DNA of 64,000 bases from the NCBI RefSeq assembly GCF_964194155.1, contig NC_135881.1:87854001-87918000 (forward strand). Direction: 5' to 3'. The translations under genes were made by a program, and so were the position numbers. Under the pieces are notes generated by a model. The model made no database searches, was not told where the DNA came from, and saw nothing but the letters and a program-made list of their open reading frames with translations. Shown here in pieces: positions 37,702 to 51,327 of this stretch. Origin of the DNA: Cetorhinus maximus (lineage: Eukaryota). The stretch's first letter is position 1. Every line of letters starts with the position of its first letter.

Positions 37702-39590
37702 CTGAAGAGGGATAGAAAGAAAAGAGGATTAGCCTGAAAAAAGTCAATGCATGTAACAAAAATAATGGAAACTACTGGTGACCATTTTTGCCTAGTGTGT
37801 AAACTATATCATGTGAGCATTCACCTTTATTTGAGCTAGGTATTTTAGAAATTCTGCAAAAGGTGACACAACAAAAGTGATAACAAGTAATTAAAAGACA
37901 GTGGGACTTAGCATTTGTTACATCAGTAAGTTCCACATCCATTAAGTACCTAACAGGCCAGTATTATCAGTAATTAGCCCAGAGGGGGGGTTCAAATCAG
38001 TGATGGTTCACTGCTGAAACAATCAGTGCATTTCACTCAACTACAAATATATTGGCTGAAATCTCCCAGACTTATTAAATTCTTTGTTATCAGAACCAAT
38101 TGTGGATCCTGACACCACTCGTGTCAGCAGTGATCCAGCATAATCTTACAGTAGCCAATTAACAGATTGCCTCTATTGGGATAGCAGATGAAATTTGGAG
38201 ATGGAAGGGCTAATCAGGAGCCAGGATGTGAGGGAAGCCAGCAGATTTCACTGTAACTACAGTGGGAGTGCAGCTAGAGTTACTGGAGCACAAGAGAGAG
38301 CAGGAAGGCTATTCTTAAGCCCCAGCACTCTCAGTGGCAGTAGGCTGCATGAGAGAGTATTGCAACAGCAGGCTTCTGCTTACCCTTGAATGCAGCCTTC
38401 CTGTTTTTATCATATACTTTGCAGACCTCATGTGAAGATGAAGCCTCTGGGTCGTTCTGTTGTGCATTCACCTCCTGGGAGCTGACACACCATGCACACA
38501 GTGGAGGTCCCAGTCACCTCCAGGTAAAGTGGAATGGCATGGAGTCACCTTAACTGACTCACCAATTGCTGGGTGGGTAGCCATTGCTGCTGGGAACCTG
38601 CCTCCAGGAAAAACACATAGCGACGGAAACACTTCCAGGAACCCGCCTGACATGGTTTAAACAGAATTTTCCCTCCTACTCCCACCCCTCTTAGCCTCCT
38701 CCATGGAGTTCAGAAAATCCCAACCATTATTACATTTCATTAGCCATGGTTCTTAGTACCAGTAAATTGGACCAGTAAATTTATGTTAACCATGACGATA
38801 TACAGTGAACATATTCTAAGTTAAATTACGTAGTATTAAATAATGTGAAGATATGTTAGCTTAGTGTGTTTTTACAGCCAAACTAATATAAGCAGCAACT
38901 CTTGTCACAGAAAAACTAATCTTGAAAGGAAAATGAAAGGAAACAATGATATGATTTGCGATGTGATGAAATTCTTGCAGCGATTATGGAATCAGCTACT
39001 ATTCATTGTAATTAAATAAGGAAATTAAAATACAAATAAAAATGACTTGTGGCACGATGTTATAGCACAAATTTGGTGAGATAGTGATCACCTGGTGTAG
39101 TGCTACATGGCAGTGACATTTTAAAAACTCTTCTAGGATGGAGGGGTGGAGGTGGGGTGTCGACAGCAAGAGAAGGGTACCTTCCTGCAACCCATCCCCC
39201 TTCCTTCCTTATGCCAAGTCACTCGATCAGGCACAAAGTGCCTTTGAACAAGAGGCTCCCCCAGAAGGCTGCAGGCAAGCCTGACAGGATGTGTTAGGCA
39301 GTATCACTGCATGACAAGATCCTGCCTGCCACTGGTTGAATACCAGTGGTGGCAGATGAGACCCTTCAAAGGCCTCAAATGACTTCCGGGCAGGAAAGCC
39401 TCTTGCAAGCCTTCCTGCCCTGGACTTAATCTGGGGAGGTGGGAAGGTGTTGGGATCTCCACCCCACCTAGCTCCTGGTCAATCACAATGCACCACCTCC
39501 CCCAGCCTCTGAATTCACCACTGAAGGGCATTAAATTCCACCCTACATTATTGGACAAAACGTTTAAGCTAAATTAAACACCTACACAGT

Positions 39591-39783
39591 GGGCAGAATA
39601 TTTAGCTCGGCAGGCAGGCACGCGTGAAATGACACACGTTGATGTCGGCTGAGCGTGCCGACGTCAACACGCAGCTTGCAATAATTCGGTTGGCAGGCAC
39701 GCACTGGAGCCAGCAGCGCACCCGCCCATAATTAAAAGGCCTGTTAAGGCCATTAAGTTGTCAATTGTCCTTAATTTTTCACT
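39591..39783. mobile_element. Single-ended Harbinger MITE fragment
   Basis: gggcagaatattt TIR followed by sequence matching the reverse complement of 22830-23015. Confidence 0.7.
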
Positions 39784-40590
39784 GTAAATCACTGTAGGAT
39801 TAGCAACAGAAAAAAGAGAATTAGAATAACTACTTTTGTTCTAGCTATGAGCTATGAATGCACATTATGTCATTCCTTACATAACCTCAAGTTGCATTGG
39901 AAAGCCACAAGCCCATTGCCTGCATATTTCTGATGCACAATGGCAATGTACAAGGGTGCAGAAAATATCCTCTAAATATCAACTGTTACAGTGAGGGGAA
40001 ACTGTTCTTTTCCTATTTTGCATGGCAGATAATGATGGAACATCCTAATTACTGGTTATTAGCAAGATCATTTGAAGAAACACTCTTTTTATATTGATAT
40101 GATGGCCTGCAAGAGAAGCTGATTGGTACCTGCTCATAACATTTATTGAAAATTCCTCATGACCCAAAATCAGGTGCCTGGCTTCACTAAAAATGCCCCC
40201 ATCATTTAAAGCAGTAACACAAACAAACTTTATTCAATAGTGTCTTAGTTACATAATCAGATATTCAAGATATCAACATTCATGAAGTAGAGATTTAAAC
40301 CAATTATTCTTACGGAATACATGAACTGCATCTCATGAGACCTAGAAAGATAAGGGAAGAAATCTGTGAAGCAGTGAAGGTTAGTTTGAAGATGTTCACA
40401 CAGACAGCTCCAATGTTGTCAAGTTGTGCCCCAAAAGTCACCTAAGCCACAAGTAAAAAGCATTTTTGCATAATGCTGTTAATAGCCCAACATTATTTCT
40501 CTGGCTTGGAAAGTCCAAATGAGTACAATACTATTGTTGTTTTCACAGTTGTAGTAATTGTCACATATGCCAAAAGTCTTGTTGATGTAC

Positions 40591-40694
40591 CTGTGTGATG
40601 TCAGGACTGCAGCACACCCAGCCTCCACTTCACTCATGATTGCCCTCCAGAGATAACGTTTGGATTCAGGATCCATTCCTGAACTCGGCTCATC
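40591..40694 (-). CDS. ABCA13: ABCA exon, Walker B / D-loop / H-loop ([16 protein letters not shown]...VLTSH)
   Basis: tttag| ... |gtaca, 104 nt, phase 0/2; [16 protein letters not shown] and GCAAVLTSH match ABCA13 as recalled. Confidence 0.96.
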
Positions 40695-41170
40695 CTAAAT
40701 ATAAAGAACCATCAAAACGTCACCCTCAAAATACTCGTTTGCACCGATCATATAATGACAGTTGATACACTTAAGCTGCAGTATCATTTTTACTCAGTTC
40801 TATTTGTTAATTTCAAGAATAGTTTTATCAATCTTTCATAGGAACATAAGAGCTGATCTTTTTATTAATGTGGTTCCTTCATTACAAATGCTGTATTATA
40901 ATCAGGTCCATAATGCCACCTCTAAGTAATAGAACTCCTTGATAACATACTGGGCCAGATCTTCCTGTAGCAAGGGTGGTGATGCACTGAACTTATGCTG
41001 CTGGTACATGTCAGGGTCCTGAAGAAGTCCTGATGCCCACACATGCACTGTAATTGCCCAGGAAGTTTAAAATTCCAATGGGCTGATTTGCACTGCCCGG
41101 GGCCTTCTGTAAATATCTCTTACACTGATCTCAGTGTCTGAGACTTGGGCTAGATATGCACTACTTACCC

Positions 41171-42008
41171 TAGAATGGTCTTGGCAGAGACCAGTAACTT
41201 TTTTTCAAAAAGAATTAATCTAAATCCCTAGATATTTACTAACAGAATAAAGCCATATGATTCCATGGATTAAAGCAGAAGAATTTTTACTATGTAAGAG
41301 TCAAACAAAGCAAATACTAAATACTATCTTAGATACCCTCCAATACTCTCAACCCAGAATCAATGTAAGTCGAACATTAATTAACAGCCAAATTGCCATT
41401 GATGATAAACTACAAATTACACATTAAACGGCAGGTAAAACTAAGATATATCTTCCAAAGTCCACAGCATATGTGCCATCAAATTCAGTAACAAAGTCCT
41501 TCAAAACTCTTGTTTTCCTCATAAAGAATTTCAGCTCCTTTCCTTCTAGGAGTCTGATCCCCAGCTAACAGTAGTGCACAACCAATCAGAATTCCACAGA
41601 CACAATCTTCACCAAAAATGGCACACGTCTGCAGAACCTCCTCAATTCAGCCTGCGATGGTCTGCATGGCATAGATCCACCAATATTATCTTGAAGAAAT
41701 AGGAACAGCTGCAGCAATTGTGCCATTGCTTATTCTCAGCTTCTGGACCAAGCCTTTGTTTTCTTCAGCCTGCCTGTACTGCACCATTGGGATCATCATC
41801 TACTGAGCTCTGATGGCTCTGTCTCCCTTTATATGTTTCAACCAGTTTTAGTTTCCCCAGAAGTTTTGTTTCCCAATCTCAGTTTCAGTTTTAGCTTCCT
41901 TAGAAACTGGGAGGGTTAGTTTCATTTCTTAGTTTCCCTTTTTGGTTTCCCTTTTCAGTTAGGGTACATCTCAAAAAATATAAGCTTTAAAACCAGCATT
42001 TCATCACA
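41171..42008. mobile_element. Possible solo LTR inside a degenerate MITE-like element
   Basis: Ends catcaca and is flanked by accc on both sides (41167-41170, 42009-42012); the left TG end is degenerate. Confidence 0.4.
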
Positions 42009-42074
42009 ACCCAGATACTTACCCTAGAATTGTTACAATGTTTAATCTCTGGTGAAACTCAGTGATTAACAGCA

Positions 42075-42490
42075 CAACCCGCCCCACAATCACCCACACA
42101 TAATCCCCCACAACGTCAACAACCCCCACCCGACTACCTACCACCCAACCACCCACCTCCCCCCCCTGATCTGACTACCCACCCCCAGACCTGCCTACCC
42201 AACCGTCCCAACTGGGTCAAAATCCTGGAACTCCCTTCCTAACAGCACTATGGGTGTACCTACACCACATGGACTGCAACGGTTCAAGAAGGCAGCTTAC
42301 CAGCATCTCCTCAAGGGCAACTAGGGATGGGCAATAAATGCTAGCCCAGCCAGCGAAGCCCACATCCTGTGAATGAATTAAAAAAAACTACCACTCCCAG
42401 CACAACCTGACCACCCACCTGATCTGACCACCCATCCTCCCGACCCGACTACCCATGCTACCCAACCCGTCCACCCACTCACTCACCCAG
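42075..42490. repeat. C-rich degenerate tandem repeat (ccacccgactac-like) interrupted by a LINE family B tail (~42211-42388)
   Basis: Repeated ccc(g/t)gac(t/c)accc units seen directly in the sequence. Confidence 0.6.
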
Positions 42491-43150
42491 ATTCCAAGCT
42501 GGAGAGCTTCAGTCTCATGTGGGGCTCCTTGTTCAGGTGGTTGTCTTCTTTGTTTTCAGCCCCACATTGTCAAAATCTGATTTCACAGTTGTATAACAGG
42601 AACTTAAATCTTGTTTATAAAGCTATCTGTTGCTTATGATGACTCATGTCACACATGCGAGAGCCAGTATGGTTGCGTGATGCCACGCATGTGGGGTTAA
42701 GGATCCTGGCATTCTCTCATATGGTCTCAGTGGTGGTGTTATGCATAAGTGATTTGTATTTTGGGTCAGCCTACGGACCACATGGAGGAACCTGGATCAC
42801 ACTTTCAGAAGCACTGCCCTAACTGCTTTCTGTTCACACTGTCCAGTGCTCAGTGCATCAAACCTCTGTGTTCCATAATATGCATCCCAGGCAACTGAAA
42901 CACTACATTATTCACCCCTAATTTTGTATAGCCCTCAAATTTCCTCCTGGTGTTATGCATAATATATGTATATATTTAGACAAGTTGCTGAAGAACATAT
43001 TACATACTGAAACAGTCATGAGATTGAAGAATTCATATAGACAAATATCTTCTACATTACATGAAGCTGAAAAAAAGTAAGAGAATAGTTGCAAAAGTGA
43101 TCAATTGATTGCTTATCCAGGGATAAGTAATTTTAAGCCATAGATCTCAC

Positions 43151-43285
43151 CAGTAAAAGTACTTGAGGTCTGCCAATCAACGCCAGAATTGTAGAGAGTT
43201 TTCTCTTTGTGCCACCACTGAATGTTTTCACTAATTTATTGACATGTGAAGTCAGGGACAAGCGATGAGCAAGTTCATGAATATG
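43151..43285 (-). CDS. ABCA13: ABCA exon, ABC signature ([24 protein letters not shown])
   Basis: ttgcag| ... |gtgag, 135 nt, phase 0/0. Confidence 0.96.
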
Positions 43286-44444
43286 CTGCAATACCAACAA
43301 AGAACAAAACACTGTGTTAATTAAACTTTATGACAATCAGAGTTGGGACAAGTATTATTGTGTCTAATATGTCAAAAATCAGATATGTTAAGGGATTAAA
43401 AGACAAGGCCCACGCAAACTCAAATTGTTAAACCAGGTTACATCTTGTATCCCCTAACTGGGCTGCTCCTCCTTGTATCAGGGTCTCTGGCAGCAGTCTC
43501 CTGTGTATGATTTTAATGCTTGGCTAACTACTTCCTGCTGACTTCTAGGCCCTTTTGGTGGACAAGCAACATGCTAATGATGTCCATCACACTTGGTAGT
43601 TAAAACCGAAGACCTCTATGCCTAAACAGATCAGCCTGGAACATTTCTGGTTTCTTTGCAGGTATAAGTTTTACTGAATTACTTTACTTGCATTGCTTTG
43701 GGATATTAATTTTGCCTCACAATAAAATACAGGTTAGATTTCATACTGCTGAAGAAAACACACACTTAAATTGTTTCATGCATGTCAGGATCTTGAAATA
43801 CAGACACTTAAGCAGTTTGATTATGCCACCATACAGCAACCTATTTGATGAGAATGTTCTCATACTGCTTCATAAAAAGTATGAATAACAGCATTAAGTC
43901 AGTAGGTTTCCACATTTCCACTATCATTGTGCAAATCAGATGTTTAACGAAAACGATTCCTCACAATTTGAATTTATTGCACAAAATAAGTAATAAGGAT
44001 ATTAATTAAACTTTGATCTAAAATTAGCATGTAAAGGCTCACTAGCTTCCAGACATTGCAAAATGTAATCTAATGGCATCAACTCATTATTTAGCAAAGA
44101 ACATCTTGAACTAGACCAATGGATTTTAAAGGAACCCTCAGATTCAATTAGTTGACAAATTTGATAGTGGGCTTCATACAGGAACTCGACGATAATAATT
44201 ATTTCTTTAATTGTACTTTTGCATCAGATTAAAGCTCCAATGGAATCTTAATTTCTAAATCTATATGTCTATATAGTATAAACAGACACACAGAGAAGAG
44301 CTTAGTCAAAGAACACTCCTAAGTGACTTACGGTCATCTCACATTGACCACCTGAGGGGTAACCACGGATTAATTGAAACAGCTTTGTTTAAAATTCTCA
44401 ATAAAGGCGTTGGATTTAGTGTGAGATTTCACATACATATATTT

Positions 44445-47110
44445 TCTTTAAATTCATTCACAGGATGTGGGCTTCGCTGGCTGAGCCAACATTTATTGCC
44501 CATCCCTAATTGTCCACGAGAAGGTGGTGGTGAGCTGCCTTCTTGAACCGCTGTAGGTATACCCACAGTGCTGTTAGGAAGGGAGTTCCAGGATTTTGAC
44601 GCAGCGACAGTGAAGGAACAGCGATATATTTCCAAGTCAGGATGGTGAGTTACTTGGAAGGGAACTTCCAGGTGGTGGTGTTCCCATCTATCTCCTGCCC
44701 TTGTCCTTCTAGGTGGGAGTAGTCGTGGGTTTGGAAGGTGCTGTTGAAGGAACCTTGGTGAATTCCTGTAGTGCATCTTGTAGGTGGTACACACTGCTGC
44801 TATTGTGCGTCGGTGCTGGAGGGAGTGAAATGTTTGTGGATGTGGTGCCAATCAAGTAGGCCACTTTGTCCTGGACGGTGTCGAGCTTCTTGAGTGTTGT
44901 GGAAGCTGTACTCATCCAGGCAAGTGGAGAGTACTCCATCACATTCCTGACTTGTGCCTTGTAGATGGTGGACAGGATTTGGGGAGTCAGGTGGTGAGTT
45001 ACTCATCGCACGATTCCTAGTCTCTGACCTGCTCTTGTAGCCACAGTATTAATATAGCTAGTTCAGTTCAGTTTCCAGTCAATGGTAACCCCCAAGATGT
45101 TGATAATGGGGAATTCAGTGATGGTGATGCTATTGAACATCAAGGGGTGATGGTTGAATTCTCTCATGTTGGAGATGGCCATTGCCTGACACTTCAGTGG
45201 CGCGAATGTTACTTACCACTTGTCAGCTCAAGCCTGGGTATTGTCCAGATCTTGCTGCATTTGGACATGAACTGCTTCAGTATCTGAGGAGTCGTGAATG
45301 GTGCTGAACATTGTGCAATCATTAGCGAACATCCCCACTTATGACCTTATGATGGAAGGAAGGTCATTGATGAAGCAGCTGAAGATGGTTGGGAATAGGA
45401 CACTACCCTAAGGAACACCTGCAGTGATGTCCTGGAGCTGAGATGACTGACCTCCAACAGCCACAACCATCTTCCTTTGTGCTAGGCATGACTCCAACCA
45501 GTGGAGAGATTTCCCCCTGATTCCCATTGACTCCAGTTTTGCTAGGGCTCCGTGATGCCACACTCAGTCAAATGCTGCCTTGATATCAAGGACAGTCACT
45601 CTCACCTCACTTTGTGAGTTCAGCTCTTTTGTTCATGATTGAACCAACGCTGTAATGAGGTCAGGAGCTGAGTGGCCCTGGAGGAACCCAAACTGGGCGT
45701 CAGTGAGCAGGTTACTGCTAAGCAATTGCCACTTGATAGCACTGCTGATGACCCCTTCCATTACTTTACTGATGATCGAGAGTAGACTGATGGGGCTGTA
45801 ATTGACCGGGTTGTATTTGTCCTGTTTTTTGTGAACAGGACATAGCTGGGCAATTTTCCACATAACCAGGTAGATGCCAGTGTTGTAGCTGTACTGAAAC
45901 AGCTTGGCTAGGGGCGTGGCAAGTTCTGGAGCACAAGCCTTCAGTACTATTGCTAGGGTATTGTCAGGGCTCATAGCGTTTGCAGCATCCAGTGCCTTCA
46001 GCCATTTCTTGATATCACATGGAGTGAATCAAAATGGCTGAAGACTGGCATCCGTGATGCTGGGGACCTCTGGAGGAGGCTAGGATGGATCATCCACTCG
46101 ACACTTCTGGCTGAAGACTTATCTTTTGCACTGCTGTGCTGGGCTCCTCCATCATTGAGGATGGGGATATTTGTGGAGCCTCTTCCCCCAGTGAGTTGTT
46201 TAATTATCCACCACCATTCACGACTGGATGTGGCAGGACTGCAGAGCTTAGACCTGATACGTTAATTACGGGATCGCTTAGCTCTGTCTATCACTTGTTG
46301 CTTATGCTGTTTGACACACAAGTAGTCCTGTTATAGCTTCACTAGGTTGACACCTCATTTTTAGGTATGCCTAGTGCTGCTCCTGGCATGCCCTCCTCCA
46401 CTCTTCATTGATCCCCTGGCTTGGTGGTAATGGTAGAGCGGGGAATATGCCAGGGCATGAGGTTACAGATTGTGTTCACGTACAATTCTGCTGCTGCTAA
46501 TGGCCCACAGCGCCTCATGGATGCACAATTTTGAGCTACTAGATCTGTTTGAAATCTATCCCATTTAGCACGGTGGTAGTGCCACGATGGAGGGTATCCT
46601 CAATGTGAAGGCGGGACTTTGTCTCCACAATGACTGTGCTGTGGTCATTCATACCAATACTGTCATGGACAGATGCATCTGTGGCAAGCAGGTTGGTGAG
46701 GATGAGGTCAGTTTTTCCCTCTTGTTGGTTCTCTCACCACCTGCCAGTCCAGCAGCTATGCCATTTATGACTTGGCCAGCTTGGTCAGTAGTGGTGTACC
46801 GAGCCACTCTCGGTGATAAACATTGAAGTCCCCCAGGCCCGCGCCCTTGCCACTCTCAGTGCTTCCTCCAAGTGATGTTCAACATGGAGGAGCACTGATT
46901 CATCAGCTGAGAGAGGGTGGTACGTGGTAATCAGCAGGAGGTTTCCTTGCCCATGTTTGACCTGATGCCATGAGACTTCATGGGGTCCGGAGTTGATGTT
47001 GAGGACTCCCAGGGCAACTCCCTCCCGATTGTATACCACTGTGCCGCCACCTTTGCTGAGTCTGTCCTGCTGGTGCGATAGGACATACCCAGGGATGGTG
47101 ATGGTGGAGT
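44445..47110 (-). mobile_element. Near-complete L2/CR1-superfamily LINE (family B), APE endonuclease + RT, decayed
   Basis: APE-like LLITTYHPLSA, RT WKIAQLCPVHKK...YSPISLLSIISKVME...QFGF, GVP.GSV and FANDC, plus the family 3' tail. Confidence 0.9.
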
Positions 47111-47952
47111 CTGGGAGCTTGTGGAGCCTCCTCCTCCAGTGACTTGTTTAGTTGTCCACCACCAATAATGACTGGATGTGGCAAGAGGTTTCCTGCATAT
47201 ACATATATATAAGGACACCAGGTTTGGCACTATTATTAAAGTTGATGGCAGTCGACTTCATTGCTTTAATTTAATAATATAGTTAATCCAGGCATAACAG
47301 AAAATGCCAATGGATGAGATGTTAAATGCACTGAAAACGTCAGTGTAGATATGTTATTCTAGAAGTTGACAAAATTGTTGTAGGGAATGCAATGGCAAGA
47401 CTGGTCAGGAGATTCATTGACACGAGATAATAAAGGATTGACCAGGAAGGAGCATGATCCAGGGCTAAAAATAAAAGGCTGATATCACAAAATAAATGTC
47501 TCAACATGCACCCCTCTCCCTAGAAACTGCCTTGTCAGCCTTCAACAATTCAGCTGGAAGTGCACCCCTACCTGGATCTCATATTATACATTTTGCAGAT
47601 TGTCCACACTCTTTTGCATGAATATATGTAAATGCTGTCAGTGAACATGGACATAGTTGTAACTAGTTTAATGCTACTTCATTCAGTACCTGCAGCTATT
47701 CATGACATGAAGCTCAATTCTGCAAACTCAATCCATAATGGTATAATTTGGACACTAAAGGAGAATGGAAGACATTCTTGATCACTTCTAGCAGCCTCAT
47801 GGTTTAATTATGAAGTACGTACTTAAGACCAGGGGAGAGCTGAGAAGTTTTATTAGAGTAGATAGCTCCACAGAAAAATCAGCATATAAACAGGCAAAAC
47901 AGGCTATATGACCCTGAATTCTACAAATATAGAAGGATTTACTGTGACTCAC

Positions 47953-48103
47953 TTTCTTGATCATCTCTTCGGGCATTCCACGGATTCTGGAATAGTAGTA
48001 CATGTGCTCCCAACCAGTCAAGAGATCATCCAGGGCATCATACTGGGGACAGTATCCAATCAGAGTCCCATCAATATCCGTATTTATGATGTCTTGTTCA
48101 GAC
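47953..48103 (-). CDS. ABCA13: ABCA exon, Q-loop (LIGYCPQYDALDDLLTGWEHMYYY)
   Basis: actag| ... |gtgagt, 151 nt, phase 2/0. Confidence 0.96.
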
Positions 48104-48732
48104 CTAGTAATAAAGCAGAGAACATGCCCACATTGAATACGCTGTGTGCAGAAAAACACATCACATACTCTCAGCTGATTAATAGCATGGATTTGTCTGA
48201 AACCCAAAACATAAGTTTTGGAAGCAACACACATACCATAGCCAAGGTAAAAGTCAGACAGAATAAGTCTGTTTGCATTTTGCTATGAAGAAAATAGGAA
48301 GAATCTAATCTTGTAGTAACAATCAGGTTGCATGTTAGATTGCAGGTGTAATTATCCCAAATAGCTATGCTGTCCTAATCCTTAATCAGGAAACAAAGTA
48401 CATCTTAGAAAGGAAAAAAAAAATCAGCCACAAACAGCTATTCTGCCATATAACATGCCTTACCTTGATTAGATTTGGGGCAAGATTGACAGCTGCATTA
48501 GAGCAGCCTCAGGCACAATATATGATTTTTGGGAAGCAAATGTACATCCTTGTGCTAGGTGTCAGTGCTATGAAAAGAATACATCACTAAACCACAAAGC
48601 ACTATTAGATCAGAGGTATCGGCTAGGCAGGTGCAGAATAAAGCTCTCTATCTTCTGTGCCAGTAAGTTAACTTAAACCCCAAACTGAGAGAGCACTTCT
48701 CACTGTACCATCATAATCTCTAAGTAAGAGAG

Positions 48733-48820
48733 GGGAGGCTGTAGCATAGTGGTAATGTCACTGGATGAGTAATCCAGAGACCAAGACTAATGGTCTTGGG
48801 ACACAGGTTCAAAGCCACCA
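48733..48820 (+). promoter_or_regulatory. tRNA-like head with Pol III A/B box-like elements
   Basis: A box tagcatagtgg 48742-48752; 5-bp stem with 7-nt loop ctgga-tgagtaa-tccag 48761-48777; 7-bp extra hairpin 48781-48799; B box ggttcaaagcc 48806-48816. Confidence 0.6.
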
Positions 48821-49907
48821 CAGCAGCTGGTGGAATTCAATTCATAAGTCTGGAATTAAAAAGCTAGTCTCAGTAACGGTGACCAAGAAGCCATCACCTA
48901 TTGTCGTAAAAACCCATCCTCTCTGACGGGAAGGATATCTGCTGGTCTTACCCAGTCTGGGCTACATGTGACTCCAGGCCACAGCAATGTGGTTGACTCT
49001 TAAATGCCCCATGAAATGGTTTAACAAGCCACCCAGTTGTATGAAACTGCTACAAAGTCAAAAAGGAATGAAGCTAGATGGGCCATCCAGCATTGACCAA
49101 AGCAGTGGAAACAAGGACACCACACCCAGCCCTGTTGACCTGTCAACCCTGCAAAGTCCTCCTTACTAACATCTCTGGGCTTGTGCCAAAATTGGGAGAG
49201 ATGTCCAACAGACTATTCAAACAAAAGCCTGACATAGTTATACTCACCAAATCATACTTTACAGACAATATCCATCACCCTGTCTGGGTATGTCCTGTCC
49301 CACCGGCAGGACAGACTGGCCAGAAGTTTTGGGGCAATGGTATACAGTCAGCAGGAAGTTGCCTTGCAAGTCCGGAATATTGATTGTGGAAGTCTCATGG
49401 CATCAGGTCCAACAACGGCAAGGAAACCTCTTGCTGATAACCACCTACTGCTATCCCTGAACTGATGAATCAGTGCCAGTTCATGTTGAACACCAATTAG
49501 AAGAAGCACTGAGGGTGGCAAGGACACAGAATGCACTCCAGGTGTGAGATTCAATGTTCATCACCTAGAGTGGATTGGTAGCATATCTGCCGACGGAGCT
49601 GGCCAAGTCTTGAAGAACACAGCTGCTAGGCTGGGTGTGCAGCAGGTGGTGAGGGAACAAACAAGAGGGAAAAACCTACTTGACCTCGTCCCCACCAATT
49701 TACGTGTCGTAGATACATTGGTAGGAATGATCAATGCACAGTCCTTGTCCCGTCTTCACATTGAGAATACCCGCCATCTTATTGTGTGGCACTAAATGGG
49801 ATAGATTTAGAACAGGTCTAGCAATTCAAAACTGGGCATCCATGTGACCACCAGCAGCAGCAGAATTGTATACAACCATAATCTGTAACCTCATGGCCTG
49901 GCATATC

Positions 49908-50820
49908 CAGTGGGGAAGTTCGCTGATGATTGCACAATGTTTAGTAACCCATTCACAACTCCTTAAATACTGAAGCAGTCCATGTCCAAATGCAGCACGA
50001 CTTGGACAATACCCAGGCTTGGGCTGACAAGTGGCAAATAACATTCACGTCACACAAGTGTCAGGCAATGGCCATCTCCAACAAGAGAGAATCCAACCAT
50101 CACCCCTTGATGTTCAATGGCATTACCATCACTGAATCCCTCACTATCAACATCCTGGAGGTTATCATTGAGTAAAAACTGAACTGGACGAGCCATATAA
50201 ATACTATGGCTACAAGAGCAGGTCAGAGGCTAGGAATCGTGCAACAAATAACCCACCTACTGACTCCCCAAAGCCTATCCACCATCTACAAGGCACAAGT
50301 CAGGAGTGTGATGGAATACTCCCCACTCGCCTGGATGAGTGCAGCTCCAAGAACACTCAAGAAGCTCTACAACGTCCAGGACAAAGTAGCCCACTTGATT
50401 GGCACCACATCTTCATTCACTCCCTCCACCACCGATGCATAGTAGCAGCAGTGTGTACCATCTACAAGATGCACTGCAGGAATGCACCAAGGTTCCTTCA
50501 ACAGCATCTTCCAAACCCATGACCAGTACCATCTAGAAGGACAAGGGCAGCAGATAGATGGGGACACCACCACCTGGAAGTTCCCCTCCAAGTCACTCAC
50601 CATCCTGACTTGGAAATATATCGCTGCTCCCTCACTGTCGCTGGGTCAAAATCCTGGAACTCCCTTCCTAACAGCAATGTGGATGTACCTACACCACATA
50701 GACTGCAGCGGTTCAAGAAGGCAACTCACCATCACCACCTTCTCATGGGCAACTAGGGATGGGCAATAAATGTTGGCCCAGCCAGCGAAGCCCACATCCC
50801 GTGAATGAATAAAAAGAAAA
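49908..50820 (+). mobile_element. 5'-truncated LINE family B copy nested in another family B copy
   Basis: Begins just before FADD and ends with gaatgaataaaaagaaaa; the host sequence resumes at 50821. Confidence 0.8.
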
Positions 50821-51327
50821 ATTCCCCACTCTAACATTACGTCAAACTGGGGGATCAACCCTGGCTCAATGAAGAGTGTAGGAGGGCATGCCAGGAGCAG
50901 CACCAGGCATACCTAAAAATGAGGTGCCAACCTGGTGAAGCTAAAACACAGGACTACTTACATGCCAAATAGCGAAACAGCATGCCATAGGCTATAGGCA
51001 GAATTAGTGATCCCAATGGATCTGATGTAAGCTTTGCAGTCCTGCCATACCCAGTCATCAATGTTGGTGGAAAATTAAACAACTAACAGGAGGAGTCAGC
51101 TCCATAAGTATCCACCCTCAATGATGGGAGAGCCCAGCATACTAGTGCAAAGTACAAGGCTGAAGAATTTGGAACCAGAAGTGCCGAGTGGATGATCCAT
51201 CACGGCCTCCTTCTGAGGACCCCAGCATCACAGATGCCAGTCTTCAGCCAATTCGATTCACTCCAAGTGATATCAAGAAATTGGCTGAAGGCACTGGATA
51301 TTGCAAAATCCGGACAGCATCCTGGCA

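Noticed and set aside
42075-42490. CRISPR-like or telomeric array
   Set aside because: Irregular degenerate C-rich units with no unique spacers, no cas genes and no TTAGGG periodicity; eukaryotic context.
47797-48234. 145-aa ORF as a standalone protein (likewise 59996-60358, 62130-62318, 40479-40676)
   Set aside because: These are ABCA exons read through into intron sequence; splice sites delimit the conserved part.
48733-48820. Functional tRNA-Thr(AGT) gene
   Set aside because: Acceptor and T stems do not pair well, the extra arm is atypical, and the sequence runs on into LINE DNA.
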